This document shows, piece after piece, positions 51,253-63,421 of a DNA stretch of 64,000 nt. Position 1 is the first letter of the stretch; each line of letters starts with the position of its first letter. The notes under the pieces are model-generated. The model worked only from the letters and a program-made list of their open reading frames with translations, was not told where the DNA came from and made no database searches. The DNA is from Pseudomonadota bacterium (GTDB lineage Bacteria; Pseudomonadota; Gammaproteobacteria; Burkholderiales; SG8-39). The position numbers were made by a program, and so were the translations under genes. The stretch covers positions 43,750 to 107,749 of the forward strand of contig JAJZPQ010000003.1 of the NCBI GenBank assembly GCA_021811085.1, written 5' to 3'.

Positions 51253-52032
51253 TCAGTGCACGTCCTTCCAGAATTCCCGTTTCAGCAGATAAACCAGAGG
51301 CAGCATTGCGAGCAGGTAGAGCAGCACGAAAATGCCGATCTGCTTGCGCGTGGTCGCCGCGGGCTCACCCATGTAGACGAGAAAGTTGACCAGATCGGCA
51401 ACCATTGCGTCGTATTGCACCGTCGTGAGGCTGCCCGGCTTGACCATTTCGTACTTGACCGTCGTGGCGCCGCCGTGGCCTTCCTTGCCCTCGCCGCCTT
51501 TCGCTTTTTCCTCGACGCGCACGCGCTCGCCCTGCAGCTGCCACAGCGGATTGGGCATGCCGACATTCTCGAACACGGTGTTGTTCCAGCCGGTGGGCCG
51601 GGCCGGATCGCGGTAGAAGCTGCGCAGGTAGCTGTAGAGCCAGTCCGCGCCGCGCGCGCGCGCGATCACCGACAGGTCGGGCGGCGCGGCGCCGAACCAT
51701 TTGCGCGCGTCTTTCTTGGTCATCGCGACATTCATGAGATCGCCGATTTTGTCGCCGGTAAAAATGAGATTGTCCGAGATCTGCGACTCGTTCAGGCCCA
51801 GTTCCTCCAGCCGGTTCCAGCGCATGAGCGAGGCGCTGTGGCAGTTGAGGCAGTAGTTGGCGAAGGTGCGCGCGCCGCGCTGCAGGCTGATCACGTCGGT
51901 CGGCTTGATCGGCGCCGTATCCAGCCGCACGCCGCCCTCGGAAGCCATCGCCGCAGGCGATCCAAGCAGGAACGCAGGCAATGCAACGAAAGTCGCCGCC
52001 GGTAGCAACAGGGTAGCAATGAGCTTTTTCAT
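51253..52032 (-). CDS. petC: Cytochrome c1
   Basis: 'CLNCH', 'PPDLS', C-terminal TM. Confidence 0.94.
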   Translation of the reverse strand: MKKLIATLLLPAATFVALPAFLLGSPAAMASEGGVRLDTAPIKPTDVISLQRGARTFANYCLNCHSASLMRWNRLEELGLNESQISDNLIFTGDKIGDLMNVAMTKKDARKWFGAAPPDLSVIARARGADWLYSYLRSFYRDPARPTGWNNTVFENVGMPNPLWQLQGERVRVEEKAKGGEGKEGHGGATTVKYEMVKPGSLTTVQYDAMVADLVNFLVYMGEPAATTRKQIGIFVLLYLLAMLPLVYLLKREFWKDVH

Positions 52033-52033
52033 A

Positions 52034-53341
52034 TTAGTGGGTCACCCTTTCCGGTTCGGGTTTGGTCTTGTCCACCTTGGTGTACCAGGGCATCAGGATG
52101 AAAAACAAAAAGTAGATTACCGAGCAGATGCGCGCCACCACGGTGGCGCGATCGACGTTGCCGAGCCACGGGCCGAACTGGCCCCACACCGTGGTCGGTT
52201 CCGTGCCGAGGTAGCCGAGCACGAGGAACACGATCACGAACGCGGTCAGCGGCACTTTGAAGTAGCGGCCGCGGTAGCGGATCGACTTGACCGCGCCGCG
52301 GTCCAGCCAGGGCAGCGCGAACAGGATCATCACCGATGCGCCCATCGCCACCACGCCCGGAAACTGCGAATTGAACAGCGGCGGCACCGAGCGCAGGATC
52401 GAGTAATACGGCGTGAAATACCACACCGGCGCGATATGCGGCGGCGTCTGCAGCGGGTTGGCGGGGATGAAGTTGTTGGCTTCGAGGAAGTAGCCGCCCA
52501 TTTCCGGCGCGAAGAATACGATGATCGCGAACACGATCAGGAACACGACCACGCCGAAGATGTCCTTAACCGTGTAATACGGATGGAACGGGATACCGTC
52601 AAGCGGTATGCCGTTGGCGTCCTTGTGCTTCTTGATTTCGATTCCGTCCGGATTGTTCGAGCCCACCTCGTGCAGCGCCAGCAGATGCGCCATCACCAGG
52701 CCCAGCAGCACCAGCGGGAGCGCGATCACATGCAGCGCGAAGAAGCGATTGAGCGTCGCGTCCGAAATGACGTAGTCGCCGCGGATCCACAGCGAGATAT
52801 CCGGCCCGACGAAGGGGATGGCCGAGAACAGATTGATGATCACCTGCGCGCCCCAGTAGGACATCTGTCCCCAGGGCAGCAGATAGCCGAAGAACGCCTC
52901 GCCCATCAGGCTCAGATAAATCAGCACACCGAAAATCCACAACAGCTCGCGCGGTCGGCGGTGCGAACCATACAGGAGCGAGCGGAACATATGCAGATAG
53001 ACACAAATGAAGAATGCCGACGCGCCGGTCGAATGCATGTAGCGGATGATCCAGCCGCCCGGCACCTCGCGCATGATGTATTCCACCGAGCCGAAGGCGA
53101 GGTTCGCGTCCGGCTTGTAGTTCATGGTGAGGAAAATGCCGGTGACGATCTGGATCGCAAGCACCAGCATGGCGAGCGAGCCGAAGTAGTACCAGAAATT
53201 GAAGTTCTTCGGCGCGTAATACTCCGACAAATGCGCCTTCCAGGTCGAGATCAGCGGAAAGCGCTGGTCGACCCAAGTGAGCGCGCCGTCCAGCGCGACT
53301 GAGCCGGTTCCGCTAACGGGGGGTTTTTCTGCGGCTGCCAT
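52034..53341 (-). CDS. petB: Cytochrome b
   Basis: 'GYLLPWGQMSYWGA', 'LNRFFALH', 'PVWY' (PEWY-equivalent). Confidence 0.95.
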   Translation of the reverse strand: MAAAEKPPVSGTGSVALDGALTWVDQRFPLISTWKAHLSEYYAPKNFNFWYYFGSLAMLVLAIQIVTGIFLTMNYKPDANLAFGSVEYIMREVPGGWIIRYMHSTGASAFFICVYLHMFRSLLYGSHRRPRELLWIFGVLIYLSLMGEAFFGYLLPWGQMSYWGAQVIINLFSAIPFVGPDISLWIRGDYVISDATLNRFFALHVIALPLVLLGLVMAHLLALHEVGSNNPDGIEIKKHKDANGIPLDGIPFHPYYTVKDIFGVVVFLIVFAIIVFFAPEMGGYFLEANNFIPANPLQTPPHIAPVWYFTPYYSILRSVPPLFNSQFPGVVAMGASVMILFALPWLDRGAVKSIRYRGRYFKVPLTAFVIVFLVLGYLGTEPTTVWGQFGPWLGNVDRATVVARICSVIYFLFFILMPWYTKVDKTKPEPERVTH

Positions 53342-53344
53342 GCG

Positions 53345-53938
53345 TCATGCCCCTTTCGTATCGTCGCCGATGAGAATGCGCGTATCGGACAGATACGTGT
53401 ATTTCGGCACTTCGAGATTGATCGGCGCCGGCGAGCCTTTGTAGACGCGCCCGGCGAGATCGAATTTGGATCCGTGGCAGGGGCAGAACCAACCGCCCTC
53501 CCAATCCGCCCCCATCAGCGCCTTGTTCGCGATCGGCTCGGACTCCGGCGAGCAGCCCAGGTGGGTGCAGATGCCCACCAGCACCAGCACTTCCGGCTTG
53601 ATCGAACGGTATTCGTTCTTAGCGTACTCCGGCTGCTGCGGCACGTCGGAATGGGGGTCGGACACCTTGCTGTCGACCTTCGCCAGGCCGTCGAGCATGG
53701 ACTTGGTGCGACGTACGATCCAGACCGGCTTGGAGCGCCATTCCACCGTCATGATCTGGCCCGGCTCCAGCGTGCTGATGTCGGCCACCACCGGTGCGCC
53801 GCCCGCCTTGGCCCGTTCCGACGGCAGCCAGCTCGCTGCGAACGGCACGGCTGCGGCCACGCCGGCGACACCGCCCGCGGCGCCGCAGGCGATCACCAGA
53901 TTGCGCCGGCCCTTGTTTACTTTCTTATCGTCGCTCAT
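53345..53938 (-). CDS. petA: Rieske iron-sulfur protein
   Basis: Tat RR, 'CTHLGC', 'CPCHGS'. Confidence 0.95.
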   Translation of the reverse strand: MSDDKKVNKGRRNLVIACGAAGGVAGVAAAVPFAASWLPSERAKAGGAPVVADISTLEPGQIMTVEWRSKPVWIVRRTKSMLDGLAKVDSKVSDPHSDVPQQPEYAKNEYRSIKPEVLVLVGICTHLGCSPESEPIANKALMGADWEGGWFCPCHGSKFDLAGRVYKGSPAPINLEVPKYTYLSDTRILIGDDTKGA

Positions 53939-54079
53939 TGAAGATTCCTCGATCTACAAGATTCTGCTGAGTGCAAAAGCACGCGATTATACCCGAAAGT
54001 GTCAGCCCGATTAAAGTTTTTTGCGCTAACACCATGAAATAGATAAACAAATTTAACGCCGGCGCAATTGGGGTTTGTC

Positions 54080-54324
54080 CCGGGTTGGAAGTCCCGATGT
54101 AGCCGCCGGGCCGAAGTGCGCCTTCGAATACTCGCCCAAAGCCTGTACGCTGCGCTACTCGGTAGCGTGGCGGCGCGCGGCGCTTCGCAATCCTATTTTT
54201 GCACGAACGCGGCAGCGCAAGATGCAACGCACCCTTCCACCAGCAGCGCATTTGGGCAATAATCCCGGAATCGGGAGACCTCCAACAGGCCGTCCAAGTA
54301 CCGGTTTAGTTCCTCGCGCTGCAT
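54080..54324 (-). pseudogene. Nif3/YbgI-like gene, internally deleted
   Basis: N-terminal 'MQREELNRYLDGLL…DYCPNALLVEG', then stop, then C-terminal relics 'HATE*RSVQALGE…HFG' and 'YIGTSNP'. Confidence 0.8.
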
Positions 54325-54487
54325 TGCGGCCGCTACCGAATTAGCCAGCGAGAATTGCACCCGCAGGTACGCCGGCGCAGCGTTCGCCCCGGAGCATGAG
54401 GCTGCCTCAGAACCACTGCCTCTGACTCGAGCGAGCCTGAAGGGCGCATCCCCTTCGCCTTCAAACGAACGCAAGGACACGCACGCG

Positions 54488-55645
<1,158 letters not shown>

Positions 55646-55651
55646 CCGATC

Positions 55652-56497
55652 TCATTCGGCGAGGAATTCCTCCACCAGGCCGATCTGCGCCGGCACGTTG
55701 AGCGCGGGCGCATGGCCGCAGCCGGCGATTTCCACCACGCGCGCGCGCGGGCCGCGGCTGCGCATCGCCTGCGCCGTCTCGGCCAGCAGCAAATCCGAGT
55801 CCGCACCGCGCAGGCACAGCAGCGGGAGGTCGAGCGCGTCGTACTCGGGCCACAGCTCGTAATCCTGCGGAAAATTGACGAACTGGCGCACCATGTTCGG
55901 GTCGTAGTGCGGCGTGACGCAGCCGTCGGGCAGGCGCCGCGCCGAAGTTTCGGTGAGCTTCACCCATTCGCGCTCGGTGAGCATGCCGTAAGGCGCATAC
56001 ACCTTGCGGAAATAGGCCTCCAGTTCGCTCATCCGCGCAAACGCCGCCGGATTGCCGGCGTAGGTCCGGATGCGCTCGATCGCGGCCTGCGCCAGCTGCG
56101 GACCGTTGTCGTTCAGCACCAGTTTGGCTATGCGCCCGGCCAGCGCGCCGCCCTTGCGGCTCGCCAGTTTGATGCCTATGGATCCGCCCATGGAGGTGCC
56201 GACCCAGTGCATATGCCCGATGTCGAGCGCGTCGCAGAACGCCGCTGCGAGGCGCGCGTAGAACGCGAGGCAATATTCGCGGTCGGGATCCGGACTCCAC
56301 TGCGACAAGCCGCGGCCGATGGTGTCAGGGCAGACGACGCGATAGCGGCGCGCGAGCACGGCGGCGAGGTCGTCGAAATCGCGCCCGGTGCGCGCGAGGC
56401 CGTGCCACAGGATGACCGTCGCGGCATTGCCCTGCCCCCATTCGGTGTAATGCAGTTCGCGCTCGAGCACGGTGATGTAATGCGAGCTCATGTTCAT
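55652..56497 (-). CDS. Alpha/beta hydrolase
   Basis: 'HGLAR', 'GTSMGG' nucleophile elbow, 'GHAP'. Confidence 0.9.
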   Translation of the reverse strand: MNMSSHYITVLERELHYTEWGQGNAATVILWHGLARTGRDFDDLAAVLARRYRVVCPDTIGRGLSQWSPDPDREYCLAFYARLAAAFCDALDIGHMHWVGTSMGGSIGIKLASRKGGALAGRIAKLVLNDNGPQLAQAAIERIRTYAGNPAAFARMSELEAYFRKVYAPYGMLTEREWVKLTETSARRLPDGCVTPHYDPNMVRQFVNFPQDYELWPEYDALDLPLLCLRGADSDLLLAETAQAMRSRGPRARVVEIAGCGHAPALNVPAQIGLVEEFLAE

Positions 56498-56757
56498 TGC
56501 CTAAGCCTCAGTTTGCCGACGATACCGGTGGGAAAGCGATAGACGCTGAGGATGAACAGTATCCCCAGCCACAACAGCCAGCGATCCGGATGCACCAGCG
56601 CCGGCAGCAGCGGTATCCCTATGGCCGCATCGCTGGCGAGCTTCATCAGGTCCCGCAGATAGTTCTGCGCGATCACGAACAGCGTCGCGCCGACCACCGC
56701 CCCGTACATGGTCCCCATGCCGCCGATCACCACCATCAGCAGGATGTCGATCATGAC
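56494..56757 (-). pseudogene. 3' fragment of LivM-like permease
   Basis: 'MIDILLMVVIGGMGT.YG…RWLLWLG…FPTGIVG'; upstream sequence is the antisense of another gene. Confidence 0.8.
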
Positions 56758-58201
56758 GTGCTCGAAGCCTGGGCGCATCTGTACCTGGGCGATGCGCTCG
56801 CCGCGATCCGTTCGATCCGCGCGGCCGAGCTGGCGCTCGAACGCGCGCGCCCTGGCCGGCGCCGCGTCGCCGGCCTGACCACGCTGCGCGCCGAGCTGCA
56901 GATCGTGCGCACCATGAGCGGCGTGACGCGCTACGACCTGCCCGATGTCGGCGGACTCAAGCCGGACCTGCCGCGGGCCTTCGGCCCCGAAGACCCGCTG
57001 CAGCGCGCCTATGCCCACGTCGTGCTGGGCTATGCCGAGCGCCTGGGCGGAAGCCTGGAGGGGGCGCGCGGGCATTTCACCGAAGCGGTGCGCATCTCCG
57101 ATGCCAGCGAGGAGACGGTCGTCAATTTGATGGCGCGCTACAACATCGCCATTGTCGACTACCTGCGCGCGCGCCCGGACATAGCGGCGGGCGAGCTTGC
57201 GCACTGGCTGCTCGACACGCGCAACCGGCGCTGGCTCAGGACCGGCAGCGCCGGCTTTCTGCGTGTGGCCCTGGCGATCATGCAACTTGAACTCAACGAT
57301 ACGGGCGCAGCGCTGACGGAGCTGGACGAGGCGATCGATTTGCTCGATTCCACCCAGACTTATGCCTTTGTCGGCGTGGCGCAAGTGATCCGCGCGCAGG
57401 TGCTGACGCTGCTGGGCGAGGACGCGGCAGCCGAGGCCGACCTGGCACGGGCGCGCGCAGTCGGAGCCGAACGCAACCTCGATCGCGTCGCCTTTCGCGC
57501 CGACCTCGCCGCAGCGCACCTGGCCTGCCGCAGCCAGGACTTCGCGCGCGCGGAGGAATGCCTGCGCCGGGCGCGCGCCATGCTGGAAGTCTTCGGCCAC
57601 GCAGCGGTTGCGCTGCAAACCGAGCATCACGCATCCTGGGTGAGCGCATCGGTCGAGCTGGCGCTGGCCCGCGGGCGCTTTGCCGAAGCGCTCAAACTCG
57701 CAACTGCCGCGTATACACACGCGTGCCGTGCGGGGGCGGGCACGCACGCAAATCGAATTCCGTATCTGGCAGGGGCTCGCGCGCGAGGGCATGGGCGCAT
57801 CCGCCGCCGCGGCCAAGGCGATCGGCGAAGCGCTCGCGCTGGCGGCGCCGGCCGGGGTCCTTTACCCCTTCCTTGCGGCCGGCACCCGCATCACCGGACT
57901 GCTGCGAAGCGACGCCGGCGCGCACGCCGCGCTCGCGCAGCGCTTGGTGCAGGCGCTGCTCCCACGCCGTACCGCGGCGGGGCAGGCCGGCGCCCCGCGA
58001 CGGCCGCCGCCCTTGCATCAGCGCGAAGTGCAGATCCTGAACCTGCTCGGCCTCGGCCTGCGCAACCGCGAAATCGGACAGCGCCTGTTCATTTCGGAAG
58101 AGACGGTGAAGTGGTACCTGAAGAAGATGTACGAGACCTTGCAGGTCGGCAATCGCACGCATGCGCTGGTGCGCGCGCGCGAATTGGGGGTGATGCCGTA
58201 G
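56755..58201 (+). pseudogene. 3' fragment of MalT-like LuxR regulator with +1 frameshift near 57750
   Basis: TPR-like helices, then other frame 'REVQILNLL..GL.NREI…LFISEETVKWY'; no start or ATPase domain. Confidence 0.75.
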
Positions 58202-58211
58202 CCGCTGGCCG

Positions 58212-58991
58212 CTACTGCAGGCGTTTCTGCTCCGGATCCGGTTCGCCCTCTTCCTCGGGCGCGCGCGCGCGGAAGAAACGCTGCATCAGTTGCGACAGGA
58301 TGATGCCGAACTCGTACAGCAGGCACATCGGGATCGCCAGCAGCAGTTGCGACACCACGTCCGGCGGCGTGACTACGGCGGCCACGACGAAGGCGCCGAC
58401 GATCACGTAGGGACGCACGTCCTTGAGCTTGGCCACCGTGAGCACGCCGGTGCGCACCAGCACCACTTCGATCAGCGGAATCTCGAACGTAACCCCGAAA
58501 GCCACGAACATGGTAAGCACGAAGCTCAAGTAGGCTTCGATATCCGGGGCGGGCGTGATGCTCTTGGGCGCAAAGTGGATGATGAAGCGGAACACCCAGT
58601 TGAACACCACGAAATAGCAGTAGGCGACCCCGGACAGGAATAGCGCGGTACTGCCGAACACCAGCGGCAGGGCGAGGCGCTTTTCATGGGAATACAGGCC
58701 CGGCGCGATGAAAGCCCAGATCTGATACAGCACATAGGGCAGTGCCAGCATGAACGCCGCCATCAGTCCGACTTTGAGCGGCACCAGAAACGGCGTGATC
58801 ACGCCGGTGGCGATCATGTGGGAGCCCTGCGGCAAGGTGCGCATCATCGGCAGCGCCAACAGGTCGTAGATCTCGGACAAGCCGGGCCAGAACCAGAGCA
58901 GCGCGAACACGCCGAACACGGCGTAAATCGAGCGCAGCAGTCGGTCGCGCAACTCGACCAGGTGGGAAATGAAGCTTTCCTGTGCGCTCAC
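58212..58991 (-). CDS. tatC: TatC
   Basis: 'SHLVELRDRL', 'FIAPGLY..EK', 'TPPD..SQ'. Confidence 0.95.
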   Translation of the reverse strand: MSAQESFISHLVELRDRLLRSIYAVFGVFALLWFWPGLSEIYDLLALPMMRTLPQGSHMIATGVITPFLVPLKVGLMAAFMLALPYVLYQIWAFIAPGLYSHEKRLALPLVFGSTALFLSGVAYCYFVVFNWVFRFIIHFAPKSITPAPDIEAYLSFVLTMFVAFGVTFEIPLIEVVLVRTGVLTVAKLKDVRPYVIVGAFVVAAVVTPPDVVSQLLLAIPMCLLYEFGIILSQLMQRFFRARAPEEEGEPDPEQKRLQ

Positions 58992-58997
58992 TGGACG

Positions 58998-59456
58998 TCA
59001 GACTTTCGGCGGCGGAGCCGCGGTCTCGTGAAGCGGCTGAGTTTCGAGGCCCAGATCCATCTGCGCCGGAGGGATGGGGATTTCGGCGGCGGCCTGATGC
59101 TCGGGTGCGCCCGTTTCGGCCTTGTTTTCCGCGGTCTTGTCTGCCGCGGCTTTGTCTTCCACGGCCGCGGAAATGCTTTGGTTCAGCGATTCCGCAGTCG
59201 CATTCAGTTCCTGCTGGACCTGATTCACCGACTGCTCCACCGATTTCGCCGCGTCCTCGAACGTCGACTTGAGATTCTTCAGCTCCTCCAAATCGACTTC
59301 GCGCTGTATGTCCGCCTTGACGTCGTTGACGTAGCGTTGCGCGCGCCCCAGCAGCGCCCCGACCGTGCGCGCAACCCGGGGCAAGCGCTCCGGACCGATC
59401 ACGATCAGCGCCACCAGGGCGATAACTATCAGTTCGGAAAATCCGACGTCGAACAT
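58998..59456 (-). CDS. tatB: TatB
   Basis: 'MFDVGFSEL…GPERLP'. Confidence 0.94.
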   Translation of the reverse strand: MFDVGFSELIVIALVALIVIGPERLPRVARTVGALLGRAQRYVNDVKADIQREVDLEELKNLKSTFEDAAKSVEQSVNQVQQELNATAESLNQSISAAVEDKAAADKTAENKAETGAPEHQAAAEIPIPPAQMDLGLETQPLHETAAPPPKV

Positions 59457-59532
59457 TTCAAGGACCGGGGTTGGGGAAGCGGGATCAACGCGGGCGCGGG
59501 GCAGGGCAGCCCCACGCCGGCCTCAGCGCAAC

Positions 59533-59757
59533 TTACGCGCTTTTCGATTTTTCCTTGATTTCGCCTTCGATCACGTTGCCTTCGGTTTTCTGCGCCGTGC
59601 TCGCCGGCGTATCGGAAGTGCCTTCCTTCATGCCTTCCTTGAACCCGCGCACCGCACCGCCCAGATCGGAGCCGATGTTGCGTAATTTCTTGGTGCCGAA
59701 TACCAGCATGACGATGATCAGAACGATCAGCCAATGCCAAATGCTGAATGAACCCAT
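59533..59757 (-). CDS. tatA: TatA
   Basis: 'MGSFSIWHW…FGTKKL'. Confidence 0.94.
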   Translation of the reverse strand: MGSFSIWHWLIVLIIVMLVFGTKKLRNIGSDLGGAVRGFKEGMKEGTSDTPASTAQKTEGNVIEGEIKEKSKSA

Positions 59758-59862
59758 GGTTTTGCTCCTAAAAGGAATGACCGGGAAACGGAGCCCAGCC
59801 GCCCCGCCTTTACCCAGACCAGGGGAAGCGCCGCCAGGAATCACCTCCCCGGCCAAGCTGCC

Positions 59863-60210
59863 CTAACGTTTAATCATCCCCGGCAGAACCTCATTGCCGC
59901 CGATGATATGCATATGCAAATGATACACCTCTTGGCGGCCTACGCGGCCGGTGTTGATAACCGTGCGCCAGCCATCGCCGCAGCCTTGTTCCAGCGCCAG
60001 TCTGGATCCCAGCGCCAGCATTTTGCCGAGCAGCATCTGGTGGCCGGGCTCGACCTGCGCCAGCGATTCGATGTGCAGCTTCGGGATGACCATGAAATGC
60101 ACCGGCGCCACCGGGTGGATGTCGTGGAACGCAAGGATGTCCTCGTCCTCGAACACCTTCTTGCTCGGTATCTTGCCGGCGATGATCTTGCAGAAAATGC
60201 AGCCGTCCAT
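59863..60210 (-). CDS. Histidine triad (HIT) protein
   Basis: 'CIFCKI', 'HLHMH'. Confidence 0.92.
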   Translation of the reverse strand: MDGCIFCKIIAGKIPSKKVFEDEDILAFHDIHPVAPVHFMVIPKLHIESLAQVEPGHQMLLGKMLALGSRLALEQGCGDGWRTVINTGRVGRQEVYHLHMHIIGGNEVLPGMIKR

Positions 60211-60220
60211 GGCCAGCTTG

Positions 60221-60565
60221 CTATTTGCGCTCGGCCTCGACCCGCGGGCTCGCGGCCCGGGCAGCCTTCTCGTCGATGCCGGAAATGCCCTCGCGCCGCT
60301 TGAGTTCGAACAGCACGTCGGTGGGCCGCAGGCCGTAGTGCGCAAGCATGATCAGGCAGTGAAACCACAGATCGGCGGTCTCTCCGACGATGCGCAGCCT
60401 GTCCCCGTCCTTGGCCGCCATCACCGTCTCCGTGGCTTCCTCTCCGATCTTTTTCAGGATGGCGTCTTCGCCGCGCGCAAGCAGCCTGGAGACGTAGGAT
60501 GCATCGGCGTCGCCGCCTTTGCGCGCCTCGATGGTATCCGCCAGGCGTTCGAGTATGTCGCTCAT
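60221..60565 (-). CDS. hisE: Phosphoribosyl-ATP pyrophosphatase
   Basis: 'KKIGEEATE', 'ETADLWFH'. Confidence 0.94.
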   Translation of the reverse strand: MSDILERLADTIEARKGGDADASYVSRLLARGEDAILKKIGEEATETVMAAKDGDRLRIVGETADLWFHCLIMLAHYGLRPTDVLFELKRREGISGIDEKAARAASPRVEAERK

Positions 60566-60655
60566 GTTCGCTAGTCCTTGCACCGGGGGGCTACGCCCCC
60601 TTGCGCGATCCAAAGTTGGGGAAAACCCTGATTAAACGCGGGCTCGATCGGCGCT

Positions 60656-61051
60656 TCATTTGCGGTAAATGTCCTTCGGGTCCTTGATCACGGGGTCCGC
60701 CACGACCCATTTTCCGTCCGCGTATTTCTGGAAAAAACAGTTATGTCGGCCGGTATGGCAGGCAATACCGCCGACCTGCTCCACGCTGAGCAAGATCACG
60801 TCTTCGTCGCAATCCAGGCGCAACTCGCGCACTTTCTGTACATGCCCGGATTCCTCGCCCTTGTGCCACAGCTTGCGCCGCGAGCGCGACCAATAGACGG
60901 CTTCCCCGCTGGCGGCAGTCTGTTCCAGGGCTGCGCGGTTCATCCAGGCGACCATCAGCACCTTGCCGCTCGCCGCCTCCTGCGCGATCGCCGGCACCAG
61001 GCCGTTGGCGTCCCATTTAACCTTATCGAGCCAGTCCGTGTCCGCCATCAC
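60656..61051 (-). CDS. hisI: Phosphoribosyl-AMP cyclohydrolase
   Basis: '[15 protein letters not shown]', 'DCDED', 'ACHTGR.NCF'. Confidence 0.94.
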   Translation of the reverse strand: MMADTDWLDKVKWDANGLVPAIAQEAASGKVLMVAWMNRAALEQTAASGEAVYWSRSRRKLWHKGEESGHVQKVRELRLDCDEDVILLSVEQVGGIACHTGRHNCFFQKYADGKWVVADPVIKDPKDIYRK

Positions 61052-61824
61052 AACCTCACCTCGATGCCTTTTGACCGCAGCAGTTCCTTCGCCTCGCGCA
61101 CACTGTACTCGCCGTAGTGAAAAATGCTGGCGGCGAGCACGGCGTCGGCCTTGCCTTCGAGTATGCCCGCGGCCAGGTGTTCGAGGTTGCCCACGCCGCC
61201 GCTGGCGATCACGGGCACGTCCACCGCCTCGGCCACGGCCCGCGTCAACGCCAGGTCGAAACCGGACTTGGTGCCGTCGCGGTCCATGCTGGTAAGCAGG
61301 ATTTCGCCCGCGCCGAGAGTCTGCATTTTACGCGCCCATTCCACCGCGTCCAAACCGGTAGCATTGCGCCCGCCATGCGTATACACCTCCCAGCGCGGCG
61401 CGGCGCCCGAGGCGTCCGCCACGCGCTTGGCATCGATGGCGACGACGATGCATTGGGCACCATAGCGGCCCGAGGCGTCGGCCACCAGCTGCGGATTCTG
61501 CACCGCCGCAGTATTGATCGAGACCTTGTCCGCGCCCGCGTTCAACAGGCGCCGCACGTCCTCGACTTTGCGCACGCCGCCGCCGACCGTGAGCGGAATG
61601 AACACCTGCGCCGCCACGGCTTCGATGATATGCAGGATCAGGTCGCGTTCATCCGAGCTCGCGGTGATGTCGAGGAACGTGAGTTCGTCCGCGCCTTGAT
61701 CGTCGTAGCGGCGCGCGATTTCGACCGGATCGCCCGCATCGCGCAAACCGACGAAATTCACCCCTTTGACCACGCGGCCGCGGGTGACGTCCAGACAGGG
61801 AATGACGCGCTTGGCTAGGCCCAT
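61048..61824 (-). CDS. hisF: Imidazole glycerol phosphate synthase cyclase subunit
   Basis: 'RVIPCLDV', 'TSMDRDGT', 'AASIFH'. Confidence 0.96.
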   Translation of the reverse strand: MGLAKRVIPCLDVTRGRVVKGVNFVGLRDAGDPVEIARRYDDQGADELTFLDITASSDERDLILHIIEAVAAQVFIPLTVGGGVRKVEDVRRLLNAGADKVSINTAAVQNPQLVADASGRYGAQCIVVAIDAKRVADASGAAPRWEVYTHGGRNATGLDAVEWARKMQTLGAGEILLTSMDRDGTKSGFDLALTRAVAEAVDVPVIASGGVGNLEHLAAGILEGKADAVLAASIFHYGEYSVREAKELLRSKGIEVRL

Positions 61825-61867
61825 ATGTCGGGAGGCGATCGGCGCAAAGGAGGTATCGCCCTGGCGC

Positions 61868-62626
61868 TCACGCCTCTCCCTTCTTCCCCTGGCCCAATTT
61901 GTCCGCCATCGCCTGCGCTTTCTTGAAGTCCACCGTCCCCTGGTAAATGGCGCGCCCGGTGATGACCCCGGTGATGCCCTCGGATTCGATTTTGCACAGA
62001 GCCTTGACGTCGTTGAGATTAGTGAGGCCGCCGCTCGCGATCACCGGCACCACCAGTTCGCGCGCGAGCTTGATCGTGGCGTCGATGTTGACCCCGCTGA
62101 GCATGCCGTCACGGCCGATGTCGGTATAGATCACCGCCTCGACGCCGTAGTCCTGGAACTTGCGCGCGAGGTCGATCACGTCGTGGCCGGTCATTTTCGA
62201 CCATCCTTCCACCGCCACCTTGCCGTCCTTCGCGTCCAGGCCGACGATGATATGGCCGGTGAACGCGGTGCAGGCATCCTGCAGGAAGCCTGGGTTTTTC
62301 ACCGCCGCCGTGCCGATGATGATGTAGCTGATACCGTCGTCGAGATAGCGTTCTATGGTGTCCAGATCGCGGATGCCGCCGCCGAGCTGGATCGGAATCC
62401 TGCCGTCGACCGCGCGCACGATGTCCTTGATCACGGCTTCGTTCTTGGGCTTGCCCGCGACCGCGCCATTCAGGTCGACCAGGTGCAGCCGGCGCGCGCC
62501 CTGCTCCAGCCAGTGCCTGGCCACTGCGGCCGGATCATCGGAGAACACGGTCTCCTTGTCCATGTTGCCCTGTTCGAGGCGCACGGCGCGCCCATCCTTG
62601 ATATCGATCGCCGGGATAATAAGCAT
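61868..62626 (-). CDS. hisA: ProFAR isomerase
   Basis: 'IIPAID', 'LHLVDL', 'TDIGRDG'. Confidence 0.95.
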   Translation of the reverse strand: MLIIPAIDIKDGRAVRLEQGNMDKETVFSDDPAAVARHWLEQGARRLHLVDLNGAVAGKPKNEAVIKDIVRAVDGRIPIQLGGGIRDLDTIERYLDDGISYIIIGTAAVKNPGFLQDACTAFTGHIIVGLDAKDGKVAVEGWSKMTGHDVIDLARKFQDYGVEAVIYTDIGRDGMLSGVNIDATIKLARELVVPVIASGGLTNLNDVKALCKIESEGITGVITGRAIYQGTVDFKKAQAMADKLGQGKKGEA

Positions 62627-62669
62627 GAGTCGTTGGAGTGGTGAAGAAAGAAGGGGGGATGCCCGCTGC

Positions 62670-63308
62670 CTAGGGCTTCCAGGTCACGAAATTGGCAAGC
62701 AGCGCGAGGCCGGCGGTCTGGCTTTTCTCGGGGTGGAATTGCACAGCGAAAATATTATCCTGCGCGACGGCGCAGGTAAAGGGGAAACCGTAGACGCTGT
62801 ATCCCGCGACGAGTTCGGGTTTTCCCGCCTCGACGTAAAAACTGTGCACAAAATAATAGCGGTTGCCGTCGGCAATGCCGCGCCACAGCGCGTGCGGCTC
62901 GGCCTGCATCACCTCGTTCCATCCCATGTGCGGCACTTTGAGCTTGCCGCCCTGCGCATCTTTCATCGCCTGCGGCGGAAATCGCTTCACCTGTCCGGGA
63001 AAAACACCCAGGCCGGGCGTGTCGCCTTCCTCGCTGCGCTCGAACAGCATCTGCAGTCCGATGCATATGCCCAGAAACGGCTTCGTGCGCGCCGCTTCGA
63101 GCACCGCCGGACGCAATCCCCGCGCATCCATCTCGCGCATGCAGTCTGGCATCGCGCCCTGCCCGGGAAACACCACGCGCTCGGCCTGCCGCACTACCAC
63201 GGAATCGGAGGTAACGATGACCTCGGCCTGCGGCGCGACATGTTCCAGCGCCTTGGATACCGAACGCAGGTTGCCCATGCCATAGTCGATTACTGCGATT
63301 GAAGTCAT
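62670..63308 (-). CDS. hisH: Imidazole glycerol phosphate synthase glutaminase subunit
   Basis: 'GICIG', 'PHMGWN', 'QFHPEKS'. Confidence 0.95.
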   Translation of the reverse strand: MTSIAVIDYGMGNLRSVSKALEHVAPQAEVIVTSDSVVVRQAERVVFPGQGAMPDCMREMDARGLRPAVLEAARTKPFLGICIGLQMLFERSEEGDTPGLGVFPGQVKRFPPQAMKDAQGGKLKVPHMGWNEVMQAEPHALWRGIADGNRYYFVHSFYVEAGKPELVAGYSVYGFPFTCAVAQDNIFAVQFHPEKSQTAGLALLANFVTWKP

Positions 63309-63421
63309 TGCAAATGCAATTGGACAAAATTAGCGGGAATAAAATCCATACGGCGGACAGGAATCCGGTTCGCGGCCCGTCGATTCGCCGCAAGCCGGCA
63401 CAGCCTGTCAAACGTGTGAAG

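Noticed and set aside
57740-57760. Possible programmed frameshift in the malT-like gene
   Set aside because: No slippery heptamer, and the gene already lacks its 5' half; simple insertion or sequencing error
60586-60601. GGGGGG-ctac-GCCCCC hairpin between hisI and hisE
   Set aside because: Single short GC hairpin; no evidence of function
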